Assembly: GCA_963724465.1 (NCBI GenBank)
Contig: CAVRUT010000005.1
Coordinates: 9,611 to 73,610, forward strand
Direction: 5' to 3'
Source: an uncultured Acidobacteriota bacterium
GTDB lineage: Bacteria > Acidobacteriota > Thermoanaerobaculia > UBA5066 > Gp7-AA6
DNA length: 64,000 bases
This document shows positions 18,560 through 27,550 of the stretch, one piece after another. Position numbers and translations under genes: made by a program. The notes under the pieces were generated by a model. That model was not told the DNA's origin. It saw only the letters and a list, made by a program, of their open reading frames with translations, and did not search any database. Position 1 is the stretch's first letter. Every line of letters begins with the position of its first letter.

Positions 18560-19213
18560 CTACGGGCGGCTCGCGGCGAGAGGCTCCTGCATGACCGCCC
18601 GAACGATGTAGCGCTGCGGAGCGTGACCGACGAAGTAGAACGGGTAGCAGGCGACCAGCGTGATCGCGGCCTCGGGCGTCGGGTCGAGGACCTGTATGTC
18701 CTCGGGCTTGACGATCCAGATGTCGGCGACGCGGTAGCTCTGCCTGCCCGCCGCCGTCTCGAGCTCCATCGTGTCGCCCTTCACGACGTCCTTCAAGCCG
18801 CGAAAGAAGCCGTCGCGGTGCCCGGCGATGCCGACGTTGCCCCGTTCCCCCGGCTTCGCGGTGTCCTCGATGTGGCCGACGGCGCGGTTGAGCGTGAAAT
18901 CGTCTGTGCCTTCGAGAACCGCCACCTCGAGGCCGATCCCCGGGATGCGCAGGACTCCGAGCGGGTCGGAGGTCTTCTGCTTGAGGCTCTCCTCGTAGGC
19001 CTGGACGCGCTCCTTCGACCACAGGGTGTAGTCGGGGGGGCCGGAGGGCTCGCCGGGCAGAACGCGGGCAGCCGGCGCGCGTCGGACTTCGGCGAAGCGC
19101 TCGAGGTCCCTGCGCGACCCGACGCGCGAGTGGATCCGCGCCGCGGCCCAGAAGGCGACGAGCAGAATGCCCGCCGCCCAGGCGAGGCGCTCGAGTCGGC
19201 GCAGCCAGTTCAC
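18560..19213 (-). CDS. Class D sortase
   Basis: N-terminal TM, GNVGIAGHRDGFF (His), TLVACYPF (Cys), APQRYIV (Arg). Confidence 0.9.
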   Translation of the reverse strand: MNWLRRLERLAWAAGILLVAFWAAARIHSRVGSRRDLERFAEVRRAPAARVLPGEPSGPPDYTLWSKERVQAYEESLKQKTSDPLGVLRIPGIGLEVAVLEGTDDFTLNRAVGHIEDTAKPGERGNVGIAGHRDGFFRGLKDVVKGDTMELETAAGRQSYRVADIWIVKPEDIQVLDPTPEAAITLVACYPFYFVGHAPQRYIVRAVMQEPLAASRP

Positions 19214-19256
19214 CCGCGGATGGTAACGCGGACGCGGCCGCGCGCGGCCGGCCTCC

Positions 19257-20828
19257 TCACGCCGTCTTTGCAGCGCTCTTCAAGCGCGCTCGCTCGTGCC
19301 ACCAGCCCTGCGCGGCGCCTTCGTCCCACGGCGGCACGTCCTGGCAGGCCGCCAGGGCCCGCGCCAGGGCCTTTGCGCTCTCGGGCCTCTGGTCGGCGTC
19401 CTTGGAGAGGCACCGGAGGATGAGGGCCTCGAGCTCTGAAGGCACCGGGCGTCCGAGTCGACGGGACAGGGGCTCGGGCTCCGTCTGCAAATGGTGGTGG
19501 ATCGTCTCGAGGGGGCTCCTTCCCGCGAAGACGGGCGTCCCCGTCAGGAGAAAGTAGCCGACCGCGGCGACCGCATAGAGGTCACTGCGAGGGTCCGCGC
19601 TCTTCGAATCGCGGATCGCCTCGGGAGCCATGTACTGGGGAGTGCCGAAGAGCACGTTCTCCTCGGTCAGTCCGGCTTTGGACGTGTCCGAGACGTCCTT
19701 GACGAGACCGAAGTCGAGGACCTTGGCGATGTCGGGAATGCCGCCGCGCTCGCAGAGCAGAATGTTCGCGGGCTTGATGTCCCGGTGGATCAGCCCGATG
19801 CCGTGGGCCTCCGCCAGCGCCGCGCAGACCTGGCGCAATATCCGGACGGCCCGCCCGGGCGCGAGCGGTCCTGCCTCGCGGACGAGGGTTTCCAGGTCCA
19901 CGCCGTCGAGGTATTCCATGACGTAGTAGAAGACGCCGTCGGGCGTGCGGCCGAAGTCGTAGACGGAAACAGTGTGCGGGTTGGTCAGGCGGGCGGTGAG
20001 CTGGACCTCCCGCTCGAATCGCTTGAGGTTGTCCTCGCCCGCGCGGCCTGGAGGCAGAAGCTTGATCGCCGTGGGACGGCGCAACATCTCGTGCTCGGCG
20101 CGATAGACGATGCCCATTCCGCCCTCTCCGATCTTCTCGGTTAGCGTGTACTGACCCAGACGCCGGTTGCGCACGACGCTCGAGCGCAGGCGGAAGGTCA
20201 CGAACGAGACCAGCGTCGAGAGGACGATGCCGAGCACGGCCCAGAGGAGGGACCACGCGACGGCCGCGCCCTGCGAGGTTTCCCGTGGCGAGCCCCCAGC
20301 GTAGAGGACGTAGGCGAGCAGCGGGATGGGCAGCGAGGCGAGTGTCGAGACCACGGCGGTCCGGCGCGGCTGGCTCGGAACCATCGCCGCGCGGTAGAGC
20401 AGGATCGAGTTGGCGACGAGCAGAGCGAGCATCTCCGGCCGCCACGCCGCCGGCATGTTGCCGGCCATTCCGATGCAGAGGCCGATCGCGAGGACCGTGC
20501 CGAAGCCGTCCACCCGGCGCAGCGCCTTTTCGGAGAGCTCGGGCTGGCGCGCGGCCAGCCACATCGCGAGCAGGACGGCAATCGAGGCCAGGTGAAACAG
20601 CATCTCGGGCCGCCAGAGCGACAGCGCCGGTTCCCCGGCGGCCGGCCAGAGCCCGTGGATGAGAAATCCGGCCAGAAAGAAGCCAGACGAAGCCAGAAAC
20701 GTCGCCAGCGCGAAATGCGCCAGCCGCTCGCCGAGAAAATCACGGTCTCCCGCGGAGTCGGACGGTGCGAGCTGCCCCCCGCAATCCGCTCCCCGGCACT
20801 GGACCCTCTTGACCTTGTCGTGCGCCAC
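19257..20828 (-). CDS. Membrane Ser/Thr kinase (about 6-7 TM then kinase)
   Basis: TM bundle followed by LGQYTLTEKIGEGGMG, HRDIKPAN, DFG, GTPQYMAPE. Confidence 0.9.
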   Translation of the reverse strand: MAHDKVKRVQCRGADCGGQLAPSDSAGDRDFLGERLAHFALATFLASSGFFLAGFLIHGLWPAAGEPALSLWRPEMLFHLASIAVLLAMWLAARQPELSEKALRRVDGFGTVLAIGLCIGMAGNMPAAWRPEMLALLVANSILLYRAAMVPSQPRRTAVVSTLASLPIPLLAYVLYAGGSPRETSQGAAVAWSLLWAVLGIVLSTLVSFVTFRLRSSVVRNRRLGQYTLTEKIGEGGMGIVYRAEHEMLRRPTAIKLLPPGRAGEDNLKRFEREVQLTARLTNPHTVSVYDFGRTPDGVFYYVMEYLDGVDLETLVREAGPLAPGRAVRILRQVCAALAEAHGIGLIHRDIKPANILLCERGGIPDIAKVLDFGLVKDVSDTSKAGLTEENVLFGTPQYMAPEAIRDSKSADPRSDLYAVAAVGYFLLTGTPVFAGRSPLETIHHHLQTEPEPLSRRLGRPVPSELEALILRCLSKDADQRPESAKALARALAACQDVPPWDEGAAQGWWHERARLKSAAKTA

Positions 20829-20839
20829 GTTGCCTCCCG

Positions 20840-21730
20840 TCAGGGTTTTTCGATCCGGATCTCCACGCGCTGGCCGAGCTTCAGGGGAGTGGGTTCGAGC
20901 AGGGCGACTTTCACGAGGAGAACGCGCGTGTCCTCGGGCTTTCCCGGGTCCTGCGGCTTCAGGCGCCGGCCGACGACCGTGTCCGGGATTTCCTCGACCC
21001 TGCCCCTCCAGGCGGTAGCGTCGTATCCCTCGGCGGTGATGCGGACGTCGTCGTTCAGACGCACGCGGCCGGCGTCGAACTCGTCGAGCTCGGCTTCGAC
21101 CCGCGTCTTCGAGAGGTCGGCGACCGTCAGGATTTTCTTGCCCGCCTCGAGCGTCTCGCCCGGCTCCGCGTGGCGGGCGATTACGACGCCGTCGATGGGC
21201 GAAAGGATCCGGGTCTTCGCGAGGACTGCTTCGAGGCGGTCGGCCGTCGCGGCGGCCGTGGCCCGGCGTGCGCGGGCGGCCTCGACGTCCCGCTCGGCCT
21301 TGTCCAGCGCCTGGCGCGAGCCGACCGCCTTCTCCCAGAGCGTGCGAGCGCGCTCGACCTCGGACTCGGCGAGGCGGATGTCCGCATCCGCCTCCGTCAC
21401 CCGGGCGCGCGCCTCGGCGAGGGAGGCCCGGTGGTCGTCCGACCGCAGCTCCGCGAGCAGCTGCCCCTTGCGGACCCTCTCTTTCTCCTGCACTTTAAGC
21501 AATACGATCGTCCCGGCCAGGTCGGTTCCGACCACGACCTCGGCGCCGGGATAGGCGACGACCCGCCCCTCGGCCGCGACGTGGCTCGGAGCCACCGGCT
21601 GAACCCCCGGCGCCGCCGGGGAGGTCTTGCGGGAGGGTCCGACGGAGGCCCGGGCCTGCAGGGCGACGACGGCCAGAAGGCCGAGGCCCAGGACGGGCCA
21701 GAGGGCGCGGTTCCAGAGATTCTTGTTCAC
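20840..21730 (-). CDS. Periplasmic adaptor (HlyD/MFP) of an ABC exporter
   Basis: TM anchor, lipoyl-like VRKGQLLA, coiled coil, ILSPIDGVV. Confidence 0.88.
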   Translation of the reverse strand: MNKNLWNRALWPVLGLGLLAVVALQARASVGPSRKTSPAAPGVQPVAPSHVAAEGRVVAYPGAEVVVGTDLAGTIVLLKVQEKERVRKGQLLAELRSDDHRASLAEARARVTEADADIRLAESEVERARTLWEKAVGSRQALDKAERDVEAARARRATAAATADRLEAVLAKTRILSPIDGVVIARHAEPGETLEAGKKILTVADLSKTRVEAELDEFDAGRVRLNDDVRITAEGYDATAWRGRVEEIPDTVVGRRLKPQDPGKPEDTRVLLVKVALLEPTPLKLGQRVEIRIEKP

Positions 21731-21753
21731 GGAAAGACCTCCTGTTGCCCGGG

Positions 21754-22440
21754 CTACGCGGCCAGCCCGTCGGCGGCGACCAGGCCGTCGCGGATCTGCA
21801 GGACCCGGTCGCAGATCGCTCGGACCTTCGGGTCGTGGGTGACGATGAGGAGCGCGCGGTCCTCCTTCTTCGCGAGCGCGCGGAACATCTCGAGGATCTG
21901 GCTCCCGATGTGCGAGTCGAGATTGGCGGTCGGTTCGTCGGCGAGCAGGATCGGCGAACTGCCCGCCAGCGCCCGGGCGATGGCGATGCGCTGCTTCTGG
22001 CCGCCCGAGAGATCGCGCGGGAGAAAGGCCTTTCGGTCGGAGAGGCCGACCGCGTCGAGGACGCGCTCGGCTTCCGTACGGGCACAGGCGCCCTTCGAGC
22101 CCTTGACGTTCAGGGCGTACTCGACGTTCTCGAGGGCGGTCAGCGACGGAAAGAGGTTGAACTGCTGGAAGACGAACCCGATGAACCTGCGGCGGATCTC
22201 GGGCAGCCGCCGGGGGTTTCCCGGATCGGCCTCTACGCCGTTGACCACGACCCGGCCCGAGGACGCCGTGAGGATGCAGCCGAGGATCGAGAGCAGCGTC
22301 GTCTTCCCGGAGCCGGAGGGCCCCTCGAGCGTCACGATTTCGCCGCGGGCGAGCTCGAGCGAGACCCCGTGGAGAACGGTCACGCTCTCCCGTCCCTCGC
22401 TGAACTCCTTCGTGACGCTTTCGGCTTCGAGCACATTCAT
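21754..22440 (-). CDS. ABC ATP-binding protein (LolD/DevA-like)
   Basis: GPSGSGKTT, LSGGQKQR, LADEPT, VTHD. Confidence 0.93.
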   Translation of the reverse strand: MNVLEAESVTKEFSEGRESVTVLHGVSLELARGEIVTLEGPSGSGKTTLLSILGCILTASSGRVVVNGVEADPGNPRRLPEIRRRFIGFVFQQFNLFPSLTALENVEYALNVKGSKGACARTEAERVLDAVGLSDRKAFLPRDLSGGQKQRIAIARALAGSSPILLADEPTANLDSHIGSQILEMFRALAKKEDRALLIVTHDPKVRAICDRVLQIRDGLVAADGLAA

Positions 22441-22489
22441 CGCACCTCTCCTCAAATCCGACATCCGAAATCCGAAATCCTCAATCTCC

Positions 22490-23617
22490 TCAACCCCGAA
22501 ACACCATCGCCGGATCGATCGACGCGACCTTCCTGAACGAGATCATCGCGGCCCCCAGGCACATGGCGATCGATCCGACGAACACGATCGCGGCGAAGCT
22601 CGGCGGAATGATCAGCTTCAGGTCGATCTTCGCGATCGCCGGCCGCATCGCGAAGGCCATCAGGGCGCCCAGCACGAATCCGGCGATCGCGGCGATCGAG
22701 GCCTGCTTGCCCAGGATCCGGTAGATGTCGAGGTTGCCGCCGCCGATGGCCTTGACCGTCCCGAACTCCTTGATGTGCTCCATCGTGGACGTGTAGAGCG
22801 TCTGGGCGACGACGACGATCCCGACTAGGCAGCCGAGGAAGACCGTGATGTACATGTTCAGGCCGATCCCGGTCGACTGGACCCAGTAGCGCCTCGAGCG
22901 CGCGGCCCACTCTTTCCTGGTGTAGACGTCGTTGTAGGGCAGGCGCCGCGCGATCTTCGCCCTGACGGCCGCCACGTCTGCCCCCGGAGCCAGTTTGACG
23001 AGAATGTAGGTCGTGCGATTCGACAGCTGCTGGGACGACAGTTTCTGCGCCCGCTCGAAGTCCATGAAGGAAATGGGCGTCGTCGTGAAGGAGAGAGCGT
23101 CGCGCGTGCGGCCGATGATCTTCATGCGCTGTCCGAGGATTTCGCGGTATTCGCCCGGCGCGAACGCACCGTAGCGTTTCACCGCGGAACCGTCGAGGAA
23201 GAAGTACTGGCCGCGCTTAAGGTCGTCGAGCTCGCCCGACTCCACGTTCCAGGGGATGTTCCAGCGGTGAAAGTCGTCGAGGGCGTAGACGAGCGTGCCC
23301 TCCTGGGCGCCCGAGGGCAGGTTGACGGTCATGAACCAGACGATCAGGTTGTCCGCGCGCTCGACACCCGGCACCGATCGAACCCGCTGGACCGAGGTTT
23401 CGGGAAACGTATGGGCGAAGTCCACGTTCGGCGTGTTGCGAGAGGTGACCCAGAGGTCGGCGGAAATGTGGTCGATCGTCACGGAGGCGTTGTCGAGCAG
23501 GCCGAGAAAGAGGCCCACCTGCACGAAGACGAGCGTGACGGCGAAGGCCACGCCCGACACGGTGATGACGAACCGCAGCTTGTCGTGAAGCAGGCTCTTC
23601 GTGGCGAGATCGACCAC
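22490..23617 (-). CDS. ABC permease (FtsX/DevC-like)
   Basis: LHDKLRF...GVAFAV, EFGTVKAIG, IDPAMVFRG. Confidence 0.9.
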   Translation of the reverse strand: MVDLATKSLLHDKLRFVITVSGVAFAVTLVFVQVGLFLGLLDNASVTIDHISADLWVTSRNTPNVDFAHTFPETSVQRVRSVPGVERADNLIVWFMTVNLPSGAQEGTLVYALDDFHRWNIPWNVESGELDDLKRGQYFFLDGSAVKRYGAFAPGEYREILGQRMKIIGRTRDALSFTTTPISFMDFERAQKLSSQQLSNRTTYILVKLAPGADVAAVRAKIARRLPYNDVYTRKEWAARSRRYWVQSTGIGLNMYITVFLGCLVGIVVVAQTLYTSTMEHIKEFGTVKAIGGGNLDIYRILGKQASIAAIAGFVLGALMAFAMRPAIAKIDLKLIIPPSFAAIVFVGSIAMCLGAAMISFRKVASIDPAMVFRG

Positions 23618-23618
23618 G

Positions 23619-24254
23619 TCACTTCTCCTCTCGGGCGAGGCCGCGGATCATGACTTCGATCAGCGTGTGGGCGGTCTCGCGGCGGTCGCGCCACTCCACC
23701 CAGTCGTCGTTGCACTTGGCGATGTGGAGGGATACGACGCCGTGCGTGCCGGCCCACACCATCTGCGACACGAGGTCGGCGTCCTCGAAGGCGGGCCGCA
23801 GGCGCCCGGCCTCGATGGCCTCCTCCGCCGTCGCCCGCAGGAACGCGTAGGCGTCCTCCTCGGGGTTGCCCTTGCGGATCCGGCTATCCTCGGCGCACCG
23901 GGCGGCCGGATGGGGCGTCATGAACATGAGCCGGTAGTGGTTGGGGTACTCGATGGCGAAGCCCACGTACGCTCGGCCGATCTGGCGAAGCCGCTCGACC
24001 GGGTCGGCGACGCGGGCGATCTTCTGGAACTCCCGGGCCAGCGCGGCGAAGTCCGTGTCGCAGAGCTCCTGGAGCAGGGCCTCCTTGTCCCTGAAGTGGA
24101 AGTAGATGGCCGTGGGCGAATACTCGATCCTCTCGGCGATCTTGCGCATCGTCACGGCCTCGAAGCCCTGCTCGGCGAAGAGCTCGCGGGCGGCATCGAG
24201 AATCCGCGTCCGGAGTTCCTGACGCTCGCGCTCCCGTCTTTCGGTCGTGCCCAA
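23619..24254 (-). CDS. TetR-family regulator
   Basis: ILDAARELFAEQGFEAVTMRKIAERIEYSPTAIYFHF. Confidence 0.93.
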   Translation of the reverse strand: MGTTERRERERQELRTRILDAARELFAEQGFEAVTMRKIAERIEYSPTAIYFHFRDKEALLQELCDTDFAALAREFQKIARVADPVERLRQIGRAYVGFAIEYPNHYRLMFMTPHPAARCAEDSRIRKGNPEEDAYAFLRATAEEAIEAGRLRPAFEDADLVSQMVWAGTHGVVSLHIAKCNDDWVEWRDRRETAHTLIEVMIRGLAREEK

Positions 24255-24268
24255 AACGCACCTCCTAA

Positions 24269-24285
24269 ACTTAACTACGTTAAGT
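24269..24285. promoter_or_regulatory. Putative TetR operator ACTTAAC-tac-GTTAAGT
   Basis: Inverted repeat just upstream of the left TetR SD. Confidence 0.65.
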
Positions 24286-24370
24286 AATCTATTATAGTTT
24301 CGTCATAGCTCAAGCTCTTTTTTGGTCGCCCCTGGAAACCCTCGCCGGATCGTGCCCGTAATCGTGTAGA

Positions 24371-24384
24371 ACTGACCGGTCAGT
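24371..24384. promoter_or_regulatory. Putative TetR operator ACTGACCGGTCAGT
   Basis: Perfect 14-bp palindrome 12 nt before the right TetR ATG. Confidence 0.7.
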
Positions 24385-24396
24385 ACCGGAATACGA

Positions 24397-24975
24397 ATGG
24401 CACGAGTAAAAACGGCAAGCAAGGAACTTGCAATTCTCAATGCGGCCTCCCGCGTCTTCGCGGCGCGGCCGTTCCACGAAGTATTGATCGACGCGATCGC
24501 CTCGGACGCCGGGATCGGCAAGGGAACGATCTACCGCTACTTCGAGACCAAGGAGGACCTCTACTTCGCGACGGTCCTCCACGTCGTGGAAAACCTGGCA
24601 GCGGAACTCGAGAAGCGGATACGCGACGAGCCCTCCGCGAGGCGGAGCCTCGAGCACATCGCTACCGCGATCCTCGACCAGTTCTGGGGACGCCGCTATC
24701 TGCTCCCGTTCTTCCAGCGCGACGAGCGCTTTCCCGCGCTCGAGGAAGAGCTCGTCAAGCGGCGCGAACCGATTCTGCGCGTCGTGCAGGGAGCGATTCT
24801 CGCCGGCATCGAGCGGCGCGAGTTCCGCGGCATCGACGCGCGCATCGGCGCGGACCTCTTTCTCGGGATGGTCCGTTCCATGAACCTCTTTCACCGAAGC
24901 GACGACCGGCTCGAGGAGGTCGTCCGACAGCTGGTGGACGTCTTCCTGAACGGCGTCGCGATGAGGGAAGCATGA
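24397..24975 (+). CDS. TetR-family regulator
   Basis: ILNAASRVFA...IASDAGIGKGTIYRYFETKEDL. Confidence 0.93.
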   Translation: MARVKTASKELAILNAASRVFAARPFHEVLIDAIASDAGIGKGTIYRYFETKEDLYFATVLHVVENLAAELEKRIRDEPSARRSLEHIATAILDQFWGRRYLLPFFQRDERFPALEEELVKRREPILRVVQGAILAGIERREFRGIDARIGADLFLGMVRSMNLFHRSDDRLEEVVRQLVDVFLNGVAMREA

Positions 24976-26432
24976 TCCGCCGCGCGGGCGCGATCCTTCT
25001 GCTCGCCTGCGCCGGTTGCACCGCGATCACGGAGAAGACCGTGCGCGAAGCCGTCTCGCCACAGCCGGCGCAGCCCTGGACTCCGCCGGCGCAGGCCGCG
25101 ATGCCGCCGCCCCCGGCCGACAGGGCCGCGCCGCAGGTCCCCGAGGAGTATCTCAGGCCGGGCACGACCCTCTCGCTCGTGCAGCTCGTGGACATCGGAC
25201 TGCGCGCCAATCCCGCCACGCGCGAGGCCTGGGCCTTTGCCCGCGCCGCGGCGGCCGACGTCGGTGCGAAGCGGTCGCTGTACTTCCCCATCTTCGAGGT
25301 GGACGGCCAGCTCGAGCGGCAGAAGCAGGCGGCCGTCGGCGGCCAGTTCACTTACCTCCAGACCACGTACGGGCCGTCGGTCGCCGCCTCGTGGCTGCTC
25401 TTCGATTTCGGGGGGCGCCAGGCGGACGTCGAAGAAGCCACGCGCGCTCTCTACGCCGCCGACTGGAGCCACAACGCGGCCATCCAGGACGTCGTCCTGG
25501 CGATCGCGCAGTCCTACTACGGATACCTGAACTCGAAGGCGCTCGTCCTGGCGCGCAGGGCGAACCTCGACGAAGCCAGGCGAAGCCTCGACGCCGCCGA
25601 GGAGCGCCACCGCGCGGGTGTCGCGACGATCGCCGACGTCCTGCAGGCGAGGACCTCGGTTTCGCAGGCGGAGCTCGAGCTGCAGGACACCGAGGGTCAG
25701 GTGCAGATCATCCGGGGGGCGCTGGCGACCGCCGTCGGCGTTCCCGCGACCGTGCCCGTGGACGTCGGAGAGCTGCCGCAGGAACTCCCCGTCGACATAG
25801 TCAAGAAAAACGTGGACGAGCTGATCGCAAAGGCCGTCGCCGAGCGGCCGGACCTCGCGGCCAGCCGCTTCGCGGCGCTCGCGGCCCAGAGCAAGATCCG
25901 CTCCGTCGAGGCCGAGGGCCTTCCCAAGCTTTCGCTGGCCGCCGGCGGCAACCGGACCTTCTACTCGCTGCCGGGCAACGATCCGTTCTCGACGAACTAC
26001 TCGGGCCTGCTTCTGCTCCGCATCCCCGTGTTCACGGGCTTCGACGTCGCTTACCGGACGCAGAAGGCGAAGGAGGAAGCCGAGGCAGCGAAGGCGAGCG
26101 CCGAGCTCGTCGAGGATCGGGTCATCCTCGACGTGTGGGCGAGCTACTACGCGGTGCAGACGGCGACCCAGCGGATCCGGACGACCCGCGACCTGCTTGC
26201 GAGCGCTCTCCAGTCGGCCGAGGTGGCCGACGGGCGCTATAAGGCCGGGGTGGGCTCGATCCTCGATCTGCTCACGACACAGGCCTCGCTCGCGCAGGCC
26301 CGGGCCGAGGAAGTGCAGGCGCGGTCGCTCTGGTTTCTCGCCATGGCCCAACTCGCCCACGCGACCGGCGCCCTCGTTCCGAAGGCGGCGGAGATCACCG
26401 GGGTCACGGCGACGAAGCAGGAGATTCCATGA
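24972..26432 (+). CDS. TolC-family outer-membrane efflux lipoprotein
   Basis: Lipobox AGC, two OEP repeats, YKAGVGSILDLL. Confidence 0.9.
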   Translation: MIRRAGAILLLACAGCTAITEKTVREAVSPQPAQPWTPPAQAAMPPPPADRAAPQVPEEYLRPGTTLSLVQLVDIGLRANPATREAWAFARAAAADVGAKRSLYFPIFEVDGQLERQKQAAVGGQFTYLQTTYGPSVAASWLLFDFGGRQADVEEATRALYAADWSHNAAIQDVVLAIAQSYYGYLNSKALVLARRANLDEARRSLDAAEERHRAGVATIADVLQARTSVSQAELELQDTEGQVQIIRGALATAVGVPATVPVDVGELPQELPVDIVKKNVDELIAKAVAERPDLAASRFAALAAQSKIRSVEAEGLPKLSLAAGGNRTFYSLPGNDPFSTNYSGLLLLRIPVFTGFDVAYRTQKAKEEAEAAKASAELVEDRVILDVWASYYAVQTATQRIRTTRDLLASALQSAEVADGRYKAGVGSILDLLTTQASLAQARAEEVQARSLWFLAMAQLAHATGALVPKAAEITGVTATKQEIP

Positions 26433-27550
26433 GGACACCCCGCGCCGGGCGCGCCTTCGCCGTGACCTTCCTGGCCTGCGGTATGGCCTGCTCCCGGGCG
26501 CAGAAAGCCCCGGCCCCGGAGCTCGTGCCCGTCCGCGTGGGCACGGTCGTGGCGAAGTCGGTGCCGGTCCAGATCCGCAACGTCGGTTCCGTGCAGCCGT
26601 ACAACACCGTCGCGGTGCGCGCCCTCGTCAACGGGGAGATCCTGCAGGTTCATTTTCGCGAGGGCCAGGACGTCCGCAAGGGCGAGCTTCTCTTCACCAT
26701 CGACCCCCGCCCCTACGAGGCCGCGCTCGCCCAGGCCCAGGGTGCGCTCGCTCGCGACCGCGCCCAGCTCGAGAACGCCGAGGCCGACGTCAAGCGCTAC
26801 GCCGACCTCGTGAAAAAGGACTACGTGACGCAGCAGCAGTACGACAGCGTACGGGCGAACTCTCAGGCCTATGCCGCGACCGTTCGGGCCGACGAAGCCT
26901 CCGTGGACAGGGCCAGGCTCGATCTTGGCTACTGCTCGATCCGTTCGCCGCTCGATGGCCGGACGGGCGTCGTGATGGTCCAGGCCGGCAACGTCGTCAA
27001 GGCCAACGACGCGACACTCGTGACGATCAACCAGGTGGCGCCGGTGTACGTTGCCGTAGCCGTTCCCGAGCGCGACCTTCCCGAGATCCGCCGCCGTCAG
27101 GCGGAGGGGCGGCTTCCGGTGGACGCCGAGGATCCCTCGACCGGCAGGCTGCTCTCCCGTGGAGAGCTGACGTTCATCGACAACGCGGTGGATCGGACGA
27201 CGGGAACGATCACTCTGAAGGCCACCTTCCTGAACGCCGACCGGGTGCTCTGGCCCGGCGAGTTCGTCAACGCCCTGATCACGCTCTCGACGCTGACCGG
27301 CGCCGTCGTCGCGCCCCAGGGAGCCGTGCAGACCGGACAGCAGGGCACCTACGTCTACGTCCTCAAGGCGGATCAGACCGTCGAGCCGAGGCCCGTGGCG
27401 GTCGGCCGCACCCTCGCGGACGGGGCGGTGATCGACAAGGGACTCGCCGCCGGCGAGCGGGTCGTCACCGACGGGCAGCTGCGCCTGCGCCCCGGCAGCA
27501 AGGTCGAGATCCTCGAGGCCGAGAAGGCCGCGGAGGCCAGGCGACCGTGA
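26429..27550 (+). CDS. RND periplasmic adaptor (MdtA-like)
   Basis: FREGQDVRKGELLFTIDPRPY, IDNAVDRTTGTI, LWPGEFV. Confidence 0.92.
   Translation: MRTPRAGRAFAVTFLACGMACSRAQKAPAPELVPVRVGTVVAKSVPVQIRNVGSVQPYNTVAVRALVNGEILQVHFREGQDVRKGELLFTIDPRPYEAALAQAQGALARDRAQLENAEADVKRYADLVKKDYVTQQQYDSVRANSQAYAATVRADEASVDRARLDLGYCSIRSPLDGRTGVVMVQAGNVVKANDATLVTINQVAPVYVAVAVPERDLPEIRRRQAEGRLPVDAEDPSTGRLLSRGELTFIDNAVDRTTGTITLKATFLNADRVLWPGEFVNALITLSTLTGAVVAPQGAVQTGQQGTYVYVLKADQTVEPRPVAVGRTLADGAVIDKGLAAGERVVTDGQLRLRPGSKVEILEAEKAAEARRP

Noticed and set aside
26197-27546. Apparent 1505-aa RND protein, and 703-aa LysA / 835-aa EAL with long N-extensions
   Set aside because: The extensions are Arg/Pro-rich out-of-frame read-through of upstream genes. 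True starts are at 27547, 14051 and 32095.
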